A DNA stretch of 59,242 bases, filler included, from Streblomastix strix (taxonomy: Eukaryota), in NCBI GenBank assembly GCA_008636045.1. It is 3 parts of 3 records of this genome, joined end to end, with 100 filler letters (N's around TTAATTAATTAA, not from the genome) between each part and the next. Parts side by side here need not be neighbours in the genome. Positions count along the whole stretch, not along the records: positions 19,784 to 39,463 come from SNRW01000495.1; positions 39,564 to 59,242 come from SNRW01000496.1; 1 more part is not named here. The stretch is one strand, 5' to 3'. This document shows positions 28,100 through 44,469 of the stretch, piece after piece; the stretch's first letter is position 1; each line of letters opens with the position of its first letter. The position numbers were made by a program, and so were the translations under genes. The notes under the pieces were generated by a model, which saw only the letters and a list, made by a program, of their open reading frames with translations, did not search any database and had not been told where the DNA came from.

Positions 28100-28640
28100 A
28101 GTTTTATTTCACCTGCTCTAATATAATTTATTTTGGTTTGGGCATATTTTATTGTTCTTCTTTATCAAAATATTTTTTTCTTTATCTTACAGATAACCTT
28201 TAATCAATTACTCTACTATCAAAATCATTAATCTGTCCAAATGGTCTTTTATTATAGAAAGGTTTAACTGGTTCTTATCCCTAATTTAATCCTCCAATAT
28301 ATTATAATTCTCTATTGGTTTCTGCATTATCTTCTTCAAGTTCTTATTCTTCTATTGCCTCTTCCTTTTCATCTTCGATGTCTTCCTATGTTGCATCAAC
28401 TTATTGAGCAAAATCAGTTTATTAATCTGTATTTTGAGAGTAAGGATTTAGTTACTATTTTGGTTTAACTTAATATCGATTGTATCCTCCAAATAATTCC
28501 ATTCTTTCATCATCACTAACATATATACTTCGATCAGGTGCTGATGGTTCTATCTTCGAACTAAAATCATGTGACGGTTAATCTAATCGATTATTAAAAT
28601 TAGAGAATACCAGTGAGATAGGCACAAGTGCTATAAGTTT
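28100..28640 (-). CDS. Hypothetical acidic ORF fragment
   Basis: Coding-like sequence with an E/D/Q-rich segment (DATQEDIEDEKEEAIEEQELEEDNAE). Its ends are not defined. Confidence 0.35.
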
Positions 28641-28901
28641 GGGATGAAAAAAAAATATTTTTTCTCTATTTAATCACTTTTAATTTATTTACTAAGTTGT
28701 TAGCAATCATTTAATAGATATTTTTAAGCTGTATAAAATATTCATATATTTGTTTAACCATTTTAATAATGAAATAAAAAACTATTTATTTTTTCTAATT
28801 ACTATCTAAATCCAATATAATAAGAGAATGTATTCAAAACACTTATGATTAAGATGCACAAATACAATTTTCTTAATGAAAAGCATATTTGACAACAAGA
28901 G

Positions 28902-29815
28902 ATGATGATAAATAGAATAGTTTATAATAAAAATATTTGTCATTCATTATACTTTGAATTAGTTAATCATAGATATAATTTTGATACAATGAATGAAAGA
29001 TTATCAACGTATAAAAGATTTAGCGATTTAAAATCAGATAATTATAAGATATTCAATGAAAATTATTACGTTTTAATTAAAACATATAATAACTGTAAAG
29101 AAGAAATAAACAGTAATTCTAAAAATCTAGCTAAAGTATTTCTTTTTAGTGGTTGCAACTGACGAAGATAAAAAGATAAATAATTTGTTTGTATCAAAAA
29201 AGAACCACAGATTGTTTTATGATTACTGCTAATTAAATCCAATCATAAGTGAACCGATATAGTTGGACAGTTAATGTGCATGAATACCTTTTTACATTTA
29301 TTTGAATGTACTAATTTATCACTATCATAATACTTACTTTTAATTTTTTTGTATCTTACGGAGAAAATGTCCGTCCAAGTAAGGTAACTTCACCATTATT
29401 AATCATCCAATAATTATCTCTATATACTTTATATAAGAACATTATTATGCAGAAAACGGGAGACTATTATAAATGTTCAATGTAAATGAAATAAAAAAAT
29501 TAAAGGGTTGAGTGGAACGAAAGATGAGACATATTAATAGTTTATAACTAGAATGAAAGAAACCAAAGGTTTGAGCTTCGCAAAATAATTTAAGATCTAT
29601 TGAATTGCAACAATTAACGAATCTAATATCTATTTAAGACGCCGTGAATATTATGTCATGTGACTATTCTTGGTGTTAATCTAGGTGAGAATGATTTGAA
29701 ATTGATTTATGATGAGATTAATTTAAACACACTATCAATGAAAATGCGAATATTATTATATAATACATTAAATAAGCATGAATTTATTGTAATTAATTGG
29801 TGGTTATAATGATTT
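28902..29815 (+). pseudogene. Possible heavily decayed packaging (A32/FtsK-like) ATPase
   Basis: KVFLFSGCN*RR could be an eroded Walker A motif. The C-terminal LGENDLKLIYDEIN...LYNTLNKHEFIVIN resembles the tail of Polinton ATPases. The motifs are not intact. Confidence 0.3.
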
Positions 29816-30675
29816 GAAATAAAAAATTAATGATTAAATTTTATATATATATGATGTTGGAAATTATTAATAGCATATCATTAACGATTATCGCACGTAA
29901 TCATCAAATAAGTTGAATATTAACAATGTATCGAATAAAAATCGATAATGCGGAGATTAGTGATGAGGTAAGAAATTCAATTTATTCCTTAAGTATTATT
30001 TTTTTAAATCAATTTATCGACTATTTCTGATTAACGTATGGGTTTAGCTAAAATTATTCTGAAAAAAAACAGACTTTTGTACACTTATAATATTTCATCC
30101 ATAAAAATACATTTAATGAATTAAATTATTCAAATTTTACTTAGAAAGTACATTGTTTTTCTAGCTCATAACAAAGATAAATTTATATATAATATTTTTC
30201 AATCTTAAAATTGTTCTCAGTATTCACCTTTAATATTTTATTTCTGTTAATATTTTCATAGTAATAAATTTACATTCATATATATTATATTCGAATTAAA
30301 TATTTTAACTTAAGTTTGATCAAAACATTTAGTTTTTAATTTTTTATATAATCACTCATAAAATATGAAAATATTTTCATAATTTTATAAACAATAAATT
30401 ATGATAATCTAAACTTTACTAAATACTGATATAAATTAACATTAATAGCTTGCTAACTTCTCGTTGAGTTTTCAAAATTAAATTTTCAATTTATTTTTAA
30501 GTATAACCATTCATACTTCAATTATTTGCTTTTTTCATTTGTAAGTATTTATTATAAACCAAATAAATTTATTTTTAAGCACGATTTTTTCAATAATTGA
30601 TTTTTTAAGAAAAAATTTTTAAATTATCTTTTTATCTTTATTTTTCAATTATTATTTCAATTCAAAAAGATATCA

Positions 30676-31866
30676 TGTATGTAGAAGTATACCTAATATA
30701 AAAGTTCTTCCTTAAGAAGCTATATCAGCCAAATATACTGCATTTTGTGACAAATTCACAACAGGTATTAATGATTTGATGCAGGTAGTGTAATTTGTTA
30801 TTTATTTATTTACAATTTTATATCTTAATATTTTATTTTAATTCAGAATTTGTGAACGATTCTAATAGTTGATATATATGCAGTAATATATGCTTTCATA
30901 AGGACATTAGTATTCCATTGTTGTGGCAAGATCTGTATATGGATATGTATAATAGCTGCCTTCATTCTTATATTCATTACTAGATTAAGCAGTAATTTCT
31001 GGAGTTGGAGCATCATTCGATTTCAGTTGAACAGCTGGTGATCGTGCTGGTTTCCTAGTAACTTTAACACTCAAAACTATTCTTATTCATCATTTAGGAT
31101 CATTAACTATCTATTCATGCATTATATTTGTGATTGCATTAATCGGAGCAATTTAAATGCTGCTTATCATGTTTCCAATGCTGTTTGGGATGCCTTCAGA
31201 GGATGCCTGAGTTACTGACATCAAATGTGTATGAATAATAATTTATAATAAATGTTATTTATAATAAATTGATATATACCATTATAGAGTTGCATTGTAA
31301 TGATGATCCATGGAAAGAATTTCTTCCATTCAGCTATTGATTCATTGAAATTACTTCTTCTTAACCCATTACGAACATTTATTGTCATTAAAATAGCTGG
31401 ATTCATGATAGTAATTGGAATATATACATCATCACTTCTCTCAATCTTATTTTCATTCATCACCATACATCTTGATTTCATTAGAGATAATGAATATTCA
31501 TCTCCAGTTCATGAATTCTATTGGTGGTTGATTATATTCGTCTATTTCATTGTTGCATTTGCTGTGTCATGGTCTTGAATATATTCAACTACTTAGTTGA
31601 CGTCATATTCATGAGTTTCTTATATGGTTTAATAATAGTAATAAATATAGATATATCATATATTAATTTATTAATTAATTCATTCAAATTGATATCATAT
31701 ATAAGTATAAAAGATAAAGAAATGTCATCTTCAGATAAAGATGAATACAGAGCATTTGATTCAAATGATTTAATAACTTATATGAGTAGAGTAGCTGGCG
31801 ATGATGAGATGAGAAAGAATGACAGCTAATCAATGAGAGTCAAACCAGTTATTGTTGGTGAATGAA
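30676..31866 (+). pseudogene. Choline transporter-like (CTL/SLC44) C-terminal portion, apparently degraded
   Basis: HHLGSLTI, MMIHGKNFFHSAIDSLKLLLLNPLR and NYLVDVIFMSFL match CTL motifs. Several TGAs and frameshifts are present, and boundaries are approximate. Confidence 0.65.
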
Positions 31867-33689
31867 TAGAATGATGAATGTATGAAGATATGAAATGATT
31901 GGATGAATGACTAAATGAAAAATATAATACATAATAAGAAAATTGTTAAGCTCCAATTTAATTTATAGGAAATATTTTATTTACAAGAGTTTAATGGATA
32001 TTTAAATTTTGCAATTTACTATTTTTATTTGCTCTTTCCATTGATAATTTCAAATTCAAACCTTTCTTGGGTTTTATTTTTAATCTTTCATAATCATAAT
32101 TGTTTAGCTTATGCAACTTGTAAATCAAATATATTTATCCAGTCTTGGAATTGAGAATTGCAGAAGTATTTGATTTGTTTTAAATTTATTGAAAATATAT
32201 TCAATTACTTATAGATAATAACTCTAATTGGAATAATTTGAAAAGTAGAACAAAATTGAAGTAATTTAACAAAAGAATTTTGTATGTTAGTTTATTAAAC
32301 AGTGAGATATATTAATAAAGTATTGATATGTATGACGTTTTAGAGATTTGAAATGAGTATTGTTTACATGTTAAAATTAAATAAATTTAATTGAAAAATC
32401 TCTCGTATAAATAAATTTAAATTCTCATCATAATTAGTATAATTCTTTGATTCACTCTTCCAATTTCATCATTATATCTCTAACATTTGAGTATTGAATA
32501 ACCTTTGATCAATACTCAATCTACTTACGAATACTGTAAGTAATTAAATGCATTATTTGGATTTACTATTAAATTCTTTGGTGAATTTAACTTCTTTAAC
32601 TAATCATCATATAATAACATCATTCATTCAGTGAACACAATATTGTTCAGTCTATATGGAATCACAAATACAGTATTATCAGCAAATTGTTCATCGTATG
32701 TCTGTGGATCTTTGCATTTGTTTCATCATCCACTTATACAATAGCTTCATTCAAATCAGCACTTCAACAGTTATTCAAAATAGCTCTTCAAAAGCTTACT
32801 GGCCTTTCCAGTACTGAGATAAATGTAAAAATAAAAAAAAATAAAAATTTGTATTTAATGAAACTGGGAGATAGAATTTTTTATAAATGTTATTCAAATT
32901 TATCAGAAATAATAATAGTAATTTAATAATAGTTTAAATATGACGATTATATTGTTTAGATCAAAATTATATGAAAATTTTTTAAAAAAAAATATAATTC
33001 TTTTTATCTCCATACATATATAATAAAATATAAAAATTATAATATAAATAAATTATAATACCTTAAATTTCAAAAAAATATAATAAAAATATAAATTATA
33101 TAGATGGGTATGCTAATATTGAAATATTAGCTTTTGCAGTATCGTTTGAATTTAAAATGTTATAGAAAAATATATTATGATAGAATTCGATGAATTGGTT
33201 GTAATTATATTATCAAACTATCAAATTAGATAGTATATAATTATTGAAAAATTTTCAACTTTCAAAATGGAGCAAAAATTTTTCATCTCTATTAGGAGTG
33301 CATAAAACAACACAGTTTCAATATAAATTTTCAATGTTATAAATCATAGAGTTATTTTTTATAGATGAAATATTATATGTGTACAAGTGTCAGAACAATT
33401 TTAGCTGAACCCATATGAATCACCTATATAAATTGCAAAATCGTCCGATAAATGAATTTAAAACATTGAATTAGTTATAACGTTACTATTTGAATTAATG
33501 TGATATTCTATAGTAATAGTTCAATTCGATAATATCGGATAACCTTAACCTTTAACCCCAAAAATAACTGCATTTCTTATTTGATATGAGGTGTTTCAGT
33601 GAATTTTAGTTTTTTATCATTATTTTTAATAGATAATATAATATATACCGAATCCGTTAATTTATTTGGATCTTAAGGAATTAAAGACA

Positions 33690-35035
33690 AAGAAAAATAT
33701 ACTTTATCGTTTTATACCTTTAATGTTCCCAATACTAATTTCTCATACAATCCAGAAGCAATTGATTTGTAAGTTGCATCTTCAATAGGTTAATAGTTTA
33801 ATTTATCCTTATCAATAATATCACCATTAGCTAATAGCAATTAATTTTCATTATTAATAGTTTTTATAAATTGATTTGTTTCAATAGCTTATGTAAATGA
33901 TTTGTCTCATGTAATGGATTAATTAGTATCTAATATTACAATGCGAGATAAATCAACATCTTTAGTTTTCTTTTATTAGTTTAAATAAACAAATGGTTCA
34001 ATAATCTCAGTATCAATGAAAGAAGTTAATTACTACTATAATTTCTCTAATTACTTTACTTCCTCTTATTTATATTATATCTCTTGCAGATATTTTTGTA
34101 TATTGATTAATTTTTTTTCAATTATTTCTATTAATGATTTCATTAAAATAAAAATATACTAATCAAAACTCATTTGTATCTATCTCTATTAGTGAATTAT
34201 CAGATAGTCTAACGTAATTCTTGTTTATTCGATATAGATGTTCAACAGAATTCGAAAGAACATAAACTATCACGCTAATGCTTACATTTTTAATTAGTAC
34301 ATCCAATTTTCCAACAAGATCGTTCTTTTTCGATTTCTTTGACATACATGAATATACTTCCATTAATGATTTTCGAATATTATTTCTATATCATTTTCGT
34401 TTTCTTTTGGTAGTAATGACCAAAATTTAATGAAATTATTGCTATTCGATTTGAAATTATTAACTCGTTTTCTTGTAATTGATACCATTCAAATACAATC
34501 GCTGACAAATTTATGGACTTATAAGTTTGGATGTGCTATGTAGGTATTTTTAACTATACCTTCTGGATCAACTTAAGCAGTCTCTCTTTCTACTTCATGA
34601 TATTAATTATTATTAGTCGAAAATGAGGAAGATGAATTGATTATTAAAATGAATTGGTCGAAAAATAATTTTTGATACTATCGTTCTAGTTTTTTGCATT
34701 ATTTTTTTTATCAAAAATTCTATTTCAAGAATTCCAATTTTATAATTCAAATGAAAATTACATATTTAAAAAATAATTTATTAAAATCTGAAAAAATTTC
34801 AAATATCAATTCTTCACTCTCGAATTCTCTTATTGAATATGAAGACATAAGTCTAATTATGAATATATTTATATCATATTTACATCAATTCCCAATTTCT
34901 ATCCCTGATTCGCCTACTGCTTCAAAGTAAATAAAAGTGGAATACGATAATGAATTGAAATATCTAAGTCAATATCATAATTACTTAATTAATCTTCATT
35001 TTAATAATATGCTGATATCCAGTTCAGTTATCATT
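33690..35035 (-). pseudogene. Degraded hypothetical ORF, possibly of mobile origin
   Basis: Coding-like fragments in several frames (FIKTINNENQLLLANGD; MEVYSCMSKK...) are broken by TGAs. Confidence 0.3.
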
Positions 35036-37825
35036 TGTTTTACTATAATTTAAATATTTGTATAAATAAAAAAACTTTGCGATTAGTCCATAATGAATAT
35101 AATAAATTCTTATTATACAACAAAAATTTAAAGTTGCATCTCATTTTGAAGAAAAAATGGTATTGTTTGCAATGCGAATTGGAAGAACATGATTTTTATG
35201 ATTTATAAACATCAACAATCAGTTTCTTCTATTTGTTCAAACTTCGTACCTCGGATACCATTCATTTGTAAAAATTTTGTAGTTCATAAAAAGATTTAGT
35301 TTTGAGTTTAATTATAAAATTTTGACTTTAAACATAAATTATCAATAATTTATTTGTTATCTGTTTAGATAAATTCTCAACATATAAATTATAGATATTG
35401 GATGAAAAAGTGAAAGAAAAGTCGTTGCATTTCATAAGGACCTTGGTGCTATTATATTATTTAATCTGGGTAAAATTTAAATATTTCAAAAATGAAATTT
35501 TTTTCGATAAATCATAAGAAAAAATAATTATTATTGAAATATTATTATAATAATTGAAAATATTAAGAATTTAATATATATTTTGGAAATAAAACCAAAA
35601 AATTAAATAAGTTTTGAAGAAATAAATTATTTTTTAAAAAAATAAAATAAGTAATATTGAATTTCTAAGAAATATAAATTATTAAAATAGAAATACATGT
35701 CAATTTTGAATTTAAATATTAAATTATTATGAAATAAAAAAATAAATATAATTTTAAAACAGTTCAGACATTAAATATATTTGATTTTAAAAATAAATTA
35801 ATTATTTGATTCAAATTTAATAATTATTATTACAATGATTATGATATTATTAATAAAGTAAATATTTTCATATATTTATCATCTTCAAGATGATTTGATT
35901 TTTCAAAAGAATATAGACTTTTTGATAACAACATATGTAACATAAATATCACATAGCCTTTCAGATATTACAACCTACAAATTTCAATATTTTCAAATAA
36001 TATTAATGAACTGTACAAATATTTTCATCACCTATTCAATAATATATAAATTAATCTTTTCTATGCAATTCAAACATATTTTCTATATTTTTATAAATAA
36101 ATTTTATACCTTCAGTTTAACAAAAAAATCTATTATATTAATTATTAAATATAAAATTTGATTATTAAAATATTAATTTGTTTTCAAACAACAATAATTA
36201 TTTTTCTCATTCGTAAATAATTAAGCAATTATTTTTTTTTATTAAATTTTAATGATTTGCAAATATTCCCGAATGAAAATAGGATCTGACAAATGAAATG
36301 GACAAATTTTAACAGCTCTGTGTAAGCCAATTATTTTTAAGTATTAAAACATATCTTTTTTTTAATTTCAATTAAATTTATATCTTAGGCAAAAAGCTTT
36401 TTATTTTATTTTATTTTATTTTTCTTTTAAGGTCAATTTTTTTTGGCTGGGTTAGTATTGTGGTTTTTTGGGTGGTTGGGTTAGCATTTCCAACATTTAT
36501 TATATATATTTATTGTCTAAATGTCTGAATTTAAATTATATTACACTAATTATTTATCAATGATTTAGGTTTAATCCATTACAAAGTTCTTCACAATCAA
36601 ACAAAATTAAATTAAAAATAAGGATTAAATAGAGTTTATGGTAGTTTCTATTTTATTTAAGATGCATTTTAATTAATCATAAATTGAACTGATTTAATTT
36701 TCAAATAAATGATCATTCAAATAGTTTATACTGTCTCCTTGTACGATAAGTCACATTTATATCTTCTCAATCAATGGTATCGCTAAGACATACATGTATG
36801 CACATCATATACTAAACATCTCCATAGAGAAAATCAAAACATTATAGTAGTTTGAAATATTGTTCTTCTTTCTTTAATTTTTGGAATTTCAGCTCTCACG
36901 CCGTTTAATGGATAATATTTGTGTGCCCAATCAAAAAAATAATAGTGTAGGAATAATATGAACAGTAAGACTCAAATAAATACTATTTCCATAAAGAAAA
37001 TTAAAGCAATTAAATTTAAATGAGAAAAACATACAGTAGGATAGCAATAGACTAGTAACCGATTTTGAAATCGACTGCAATAAAGCATGGTGTTTATGAT
37101 CTATAGATTCTGAATTATAAACAAAAAAAGAACGATTTGAATTATGGAAAAAAAAGATTTATTAAAATAAATAATCATCTTTAGATTTGTACTTGACTAT
37201 TATTAAATAATTGTAGAAATAAACTTAATATTGATAGAATTATGATGTTTTTTCATAAAAAAATACATGTAATGGAAAATTCAAATATTTATTTTTGATC
37301 GGTCCCATATATTGCAAAATCATTGTTCAAAACTTTCTCATTCTTTAATTAATTCAATTCAAAATTTAAAATAATTAAATATCATAGATGATAATGGACA
37401 AAATTATTTAAATTATATATAAATTTAACATAATTAAAGACATAAAATAGTAAAATGACAAAAATAAATGGATTTAAGTATACATTATATATTTAATTTT
37501 CTTATTTTAATTGCTGTATTTATTTGATTTTTGTCTATTATTCTCTTAATCTGACTTATCAATCAACCAATATCATACTTTTCTAAAAATATAATCAGTT
37601 CTCTAAAAATATTTTGTCTACTCATTTAAAAATTATTATTTTTGGCTAATTTTCATTTTTCATAATTTTATTTACAAAACATAAATATAAATTTAATACG
37701 CATATCAAAATTTTGACTTTATTTTTTCTTTGTTTTTTGAATAATCTAAATTTACTAAATTTTTCTATATTAATCAAAAATTAATTAACTTTATTTATCT
37801 ATATTTTTTCACTTACATCAAGGTT

Positions 37826-39463
<1,638 letters not shown>

Positions 39464-39563
39464 NNNNNNNNNNNNNNNNNNNNNNNNNNNNNNNNNNNNN
39501 NNNNNNNTTAATTAATTAANNNNNNNNNNNNNNNNNNNNNNNNNNNNNNNNNNNNNNNNNNNN
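39464..39563. other. Artificial contig-joining linker
   Basis: N44-TTAATTAATTAA-N44. Confidence 0.98.
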
Positions 39564-40474
39564 GAGAAAATGTATCAGATGAGTAAATTCAATAAAAGCA
39601 CATTTAGTACTTAACTGGAATATTCTGTATGCTTAGCGTTTCTTAGTAGAGTAATAAGGACTATTAATCATTATAAAATTTATTAATGATAAGTATTAAG
39701 CGGATTAAGTAAGTAAATCAACTCGTAGCAATGAGCAGTGACAATAACAACAACCAATATAAGATTATTAATCTCAGTCATTTATGTTTAAATGTAATTT
39801 TTTTGAAAAGCAAAGAATTGCAACTAACATAATTTGAATTAAAACCATATATTGAGTACTATTCTGAGGTTTATCTTGATAGCATGTTATTGAAATGTTA
39901 AATGAATAATGCATAAATTCTCATAAATCGAACAATTCCATTCATTGTGAAATAATTAGGAATAAACAAAAATCAAACAAAACATATGAAAAATACTCCT
40001 TTATTCATGCATTCCTTAAGAAATTTCCTATCCAACTCACTTCGAATATAAACTACTTATGAACAATAACTAACTTGTAATTCATTAATTGAAATTATAA
40101 TGATAATTTTAAAAAGTTGTGATTAATATGATCTTCAACTTTACTTCATTCAACCGTAAATATTTACATCTATTATAAATATATTCTGTCGTGCAGGAGG
40201 GAATGAAATATATGATAATAATGTAATTAAGAAAGCGGTTAGTTGTTTAAAGGTATTCAAACAATAATTATTGAATGAATCATTTCATACTACAGAGTTA
40301 ATAATAACTAGAAAAATTGAGCAAGAAATTGAGGAATATGGCATATTTGAAGAGTTTGACTCTTTTAGTATAACAGACTTGACTAGAACTGAATATCCTT
40401 CTAAATTCCTGTCGATTTTATTATAGATGTCAACCAAATGTGAAAAAATATTAGAACAAAACTATTGTCAGTGA
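39564..40474 (+). CDS. 5'-truncated hypothetical helical (ARM-like) protein
   Basis: The frame is open with TAR=Gln and ends IEQEIEEYGIFEEFDSFQ...EQNYCQ*. This C-terminal motif parallels that of the 6756-8443 gene. Confidence 0.6.
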
Positions 40475-41639
40475 TTATTGAAGCGACGAATATTAACTTG
40501 TAGTTTGGTAAGATTTAATTGTAAATGTACAATTATAATAATGTATATATTTTAACAATACATCATCAACAAATGACTTACAAGCAAATTTATTTTATTT
40601 TTGTTATTTTGGAATAACAATTCGTGTATTAGATAGAAATTGCAAGTAAAGATGCTTTCAAGATATATTAATTTATATTTATATTATATTTGCAGGTGCA
40701 TTGATGTTTTTTTTCCAGTAAGAAGAATATTTTTATAAATAAGCATATGAAAGAAATTGAATTGAAATAACTTAAGTTAATGCTTGTTATATTCATAAAC
40801 TATAAAATTACTAATTTATGCAGGAAATTCTAACTAATATGCATAATTGACGTATAACCCTATAATTATATTTGTCAAATAATTGCGATTAAATTTAAAA
40901 AAATACTAAATTTTTGAAATGTAGCTATTGTTTTTGATATAGTATAAGTAATATAAATGCGAATAGTATTATATGTGTATAAATGGCGTTATTTTGCTTG
41001 TTTGAGTGAATACATGGGTCGATTTAATCGGAACGTTTCTAATATTTGTCATTATTGGAAATTTTTGTTAAATTTTTAAAGTTTGTTTTTTTTATAGAGC
41101 ACTGATATTTATTTACTCGGTCATCATTAATTTTCACTGCCATACATCGATAACGTTAACTTTCATAGAATAATAGCAATTTATCTAAAGTTTGCCCTTT
41201 TATCGTGTATTATTATTGGGCATTCAATTTTATAGTGTCGATATGGTTGATTTACAGTTTCAATATATAAAACTGCTTGTTTACTCCAAATTAGAAAGTA
41301 TGACTTAATAATACCGACATAATTTTCTTCTAGTCAAAGTTTTTAATATAAACATATTAATGATTATATCAAAGTTTTTTGAAAATTTGTTAACGAGATA
41401 TTTACAATTAAGTAGTATTTTTTTTTAAAGATAACATTTAATATTCCGATTGTAGGACACAATGAATACAGAAAAAAAATCGTAGATTAATAGATTATAA
41501 ATAAATAAACCAAGTAATTGATTAAATATAAAAATATAATAAGATTAAAATAATAATTATTACTATTAAATGTATTATGTGCTTTTAACAAAATAATGGG
41601 TGTATTATAAAAATGAACTTATTAAAAAGGATAAATACG

Positions 41640-42480
41640 AAATGATTTTCAATGTCATATATCGTTAGCATGGCTTCTTTTCTGACAAGCATGTTAGTAT
41701 GGTTTAATATTCTAAGAAGGATGTCAATAATACCATGCTAACTCAGAGATTCTTTTATAGCATCATCAATATATGCGGACAGTTGCTGAAACGAGTGCAT
41801 ATGACTATACGAGATAAGATTCATAGGAGTTAGCCTTTAAAAAAATTGAATTAACTATTATCTTATGTGCAACTGTTGAAAAAATTGATTATATTAGGAA
41901 GTTCCTTAAATACCAAAATGCAAGAATTTAAAACACATGTTGGCAGGGCAGTAGTAGTTTATTTTGTGATGTAGTCTTTCTAGTATAGCATACCAACTCA
42001 GTCATGATGCTATACAAGAGTTTGAATATGCCGTTCCTTAGATATTAGATTACAGTCTTTTATTTATCGTCTGGATTATTGTGTCCCCCTTATGCTGGAT
42101 AGGAATGTACCAATGTCTCTTTGCTATTATGCGCATAAATCGATTGGCAGAGGATTTGTAGTTTGAATCTATTTGATATACTCCTGCTCTAGCTCCGCGT
42201 ATGAGAAGAAACTAGGTGCCTGGATATCCTCGCGTCTGTTCTTCTATTCTATGATAATTTTACTAATATATAGATATTATTTTTGTTTAATTTCAAATAA
42301 CAAATAAAATTGTAAAATATACCTAGATTCCGCTGCGTTCTTAAACAATTTTCACAAATCTTCCTATTTTGTACTCACTGTGGACATTTCCGCACATCAC
42401 GCATTGTTTCCATAATGTATCAAACGGATTTGATGATATAAACGTGGGTAACTGTTCGGCTTCTTCGACTTCCAAACGTT
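41640..42480 (-). CDS. Hypothetical protein with ARM-repeat-like segment (possibly frameshifted or incompletely spliced model)
   Basis: It contains KESLSQHGIIDILLRILNHTNMLVRKEAMLTI and an intron at about 42265-42322. Its ends are uncertain. Confidence 0.4.
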
Positions 42481-42800
42481 ATATTATTCGACGAATATAT
42501 ATATATAGGATAATTGTACTTTCAAAAACTGTAATTCAAAAATACCAAGTTACAGATAGTTATATTGGGGTAGACAATATAATTTTATATTCTATTTAAT
42601 TATATGCACAATATCAAGTATATTATTACATGAGTTACAAGGTGCAATCCCAAAAACGATTCCCCTTATTTATTTTCATAAAAAAAAATAATCTTTTTTT
42701 TTTTAATTTTTTAAATGCTATAAATTTATATTTATTGATATTATGAAAATATTACATATATTTATGAGAATATAAATCGAAACCACATCGCCAGTTAGAA

Positions 42801-44149
42801 ATGGAAGCTAATTGTCCGGGATTTATTATTATTTTCATTTATTGTTATAATTTCTACGTTGTTATTAACACCCTCTAGATATAAAGATGCGGCCAATGAA
42901 GATACCTACAATACGTGCTACAAACTGTAAAACTGGAATTATTTTCATTTTACAGAGTCTAGTGCAGCATTTATTTTAATGAAATATATAATATTTAAAT
43001 CAAGAATATTTATATACACTATATTTACCTAATTAATATAACAAATTGGTTAATGGTATCCTATATATTCGTCAATTTTCTCTACGTGTATTTAATTGTT
43101 GATTTCTTTGTTACTTCATGGGAGTGTATTCATTTAAAATTTCATAATTTGACATCCTTTCCTTTTTTTTCCCCTCTATTCATCTAGAAAACCCAACAAT
43201 CAAAATCGAAGATGATAACGTAGTCAATTCACAGGCAAATCATGAGAAGATATAGGTTTTATATTTATTTTCACTGTATTTTTTTATTATTATTTTCTTT
43301 TCTCCAAATATTATAAATAATCTAATATATATTTTTATATATTGCAGGTTGTAAAGAAGCCCGCAGATGTCATAACACCACACAGTAGCTCACACAACCA
43401 TGCAGCTAACATCAATCCGCCGCCGTTCGATTCTCCTACTACTTCGAATATACAAAACCAACTGGGAGCATTGCAACAATCAAAAGTACGGTTATAAAAT
43501 GCAGGAATTGTATCAATCGGATACGGTATACTGCCATCTAGTAAACCAGCTGCCGTACACTAATAGGAGTAGCAGTCTGATGATTCAGATAAAGACGCTA
43601 CAGATGCTAGGGATGACATGAACGAAGACATCGAAGCGAATGCCGATCAACAGAGACAAACTGCGGTTGTCGTAACATAGAGAAAAAAGCGAGTATGATT
43701 AATATTAAAATACAACATTATTTTATTTATTTATTTATTTTTCAATATTTTAATTAAAAAAAATATATTAAAATTTATGTAGGATAAATGGACTCCTGAT
43801 TAAGATCAAATGCTTCTTAACGCATATACTACACACAAGGGCAAATGGGAAAAGATGCATAAGGATTAATAGGTATTAAATAAATAAAAATGAAATATAT
43901 CCGCTGTTTTATTTTATTATTTTTTTTATTACATAATATATATATATATAAATAAATATATAAATAAACATGTTTATTTATTTATGTGCTAATTTTCAAT
44001 AATATTTACAGTTCCGAGATCTAAACAAAACAGCTTCATAGATGAAGGATAGAGTAAGAAGTATTACATAAGGTAAGTTAGATAATGATCTCAAAGAATA
44101 ATTTATTGCATAAAAGTAATAAATCGATACTGACAGTGCATAGAAATGA
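42801..44149 (+). CDS. Multi-exon protein with a single C-terminal Myb/SANT domain (TRF/telobox-like)
   Basis: Spliced 3' exons give RKKR|DKWTPDQDQMLLNAYTTHKGKWEKMHKDQQ|FRDLNKTASQMKDRVRSI, with TGA at 44147-44149. The 5' exons are uncertain. Confidence 0.7.
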
Positions 44150-44469
44150 TCAACAGGACAACTTTTTTTTTTAATTTTTTTTTTAGATTAAATTAGTTAT
44201 TTTCAAACACTTTTATTATTAAAATTATTACAACTTAGATTAGATACACAATTAAACGTAGTATTAATAGGAGGGGGGAAAAAATAGTTCATATTTTTTT
44301 TTAATATATTAATTTAAACTTCTTATTCAATAAATTAGTCTTATAACAATTATATCATCTACACTCTTTATTTGTTACAAACGTTAAAGGAAATATCAAA
44401 AGAATAGAAATAATAATAAAAAAGATAAATATTTTTTTTTTGATAATTATTATAATAAGAGACGTTATA

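Noticed and set aside
32380..32930. Coding-like fragment
   Set aside because: No recognisable motif or definable start and stop.
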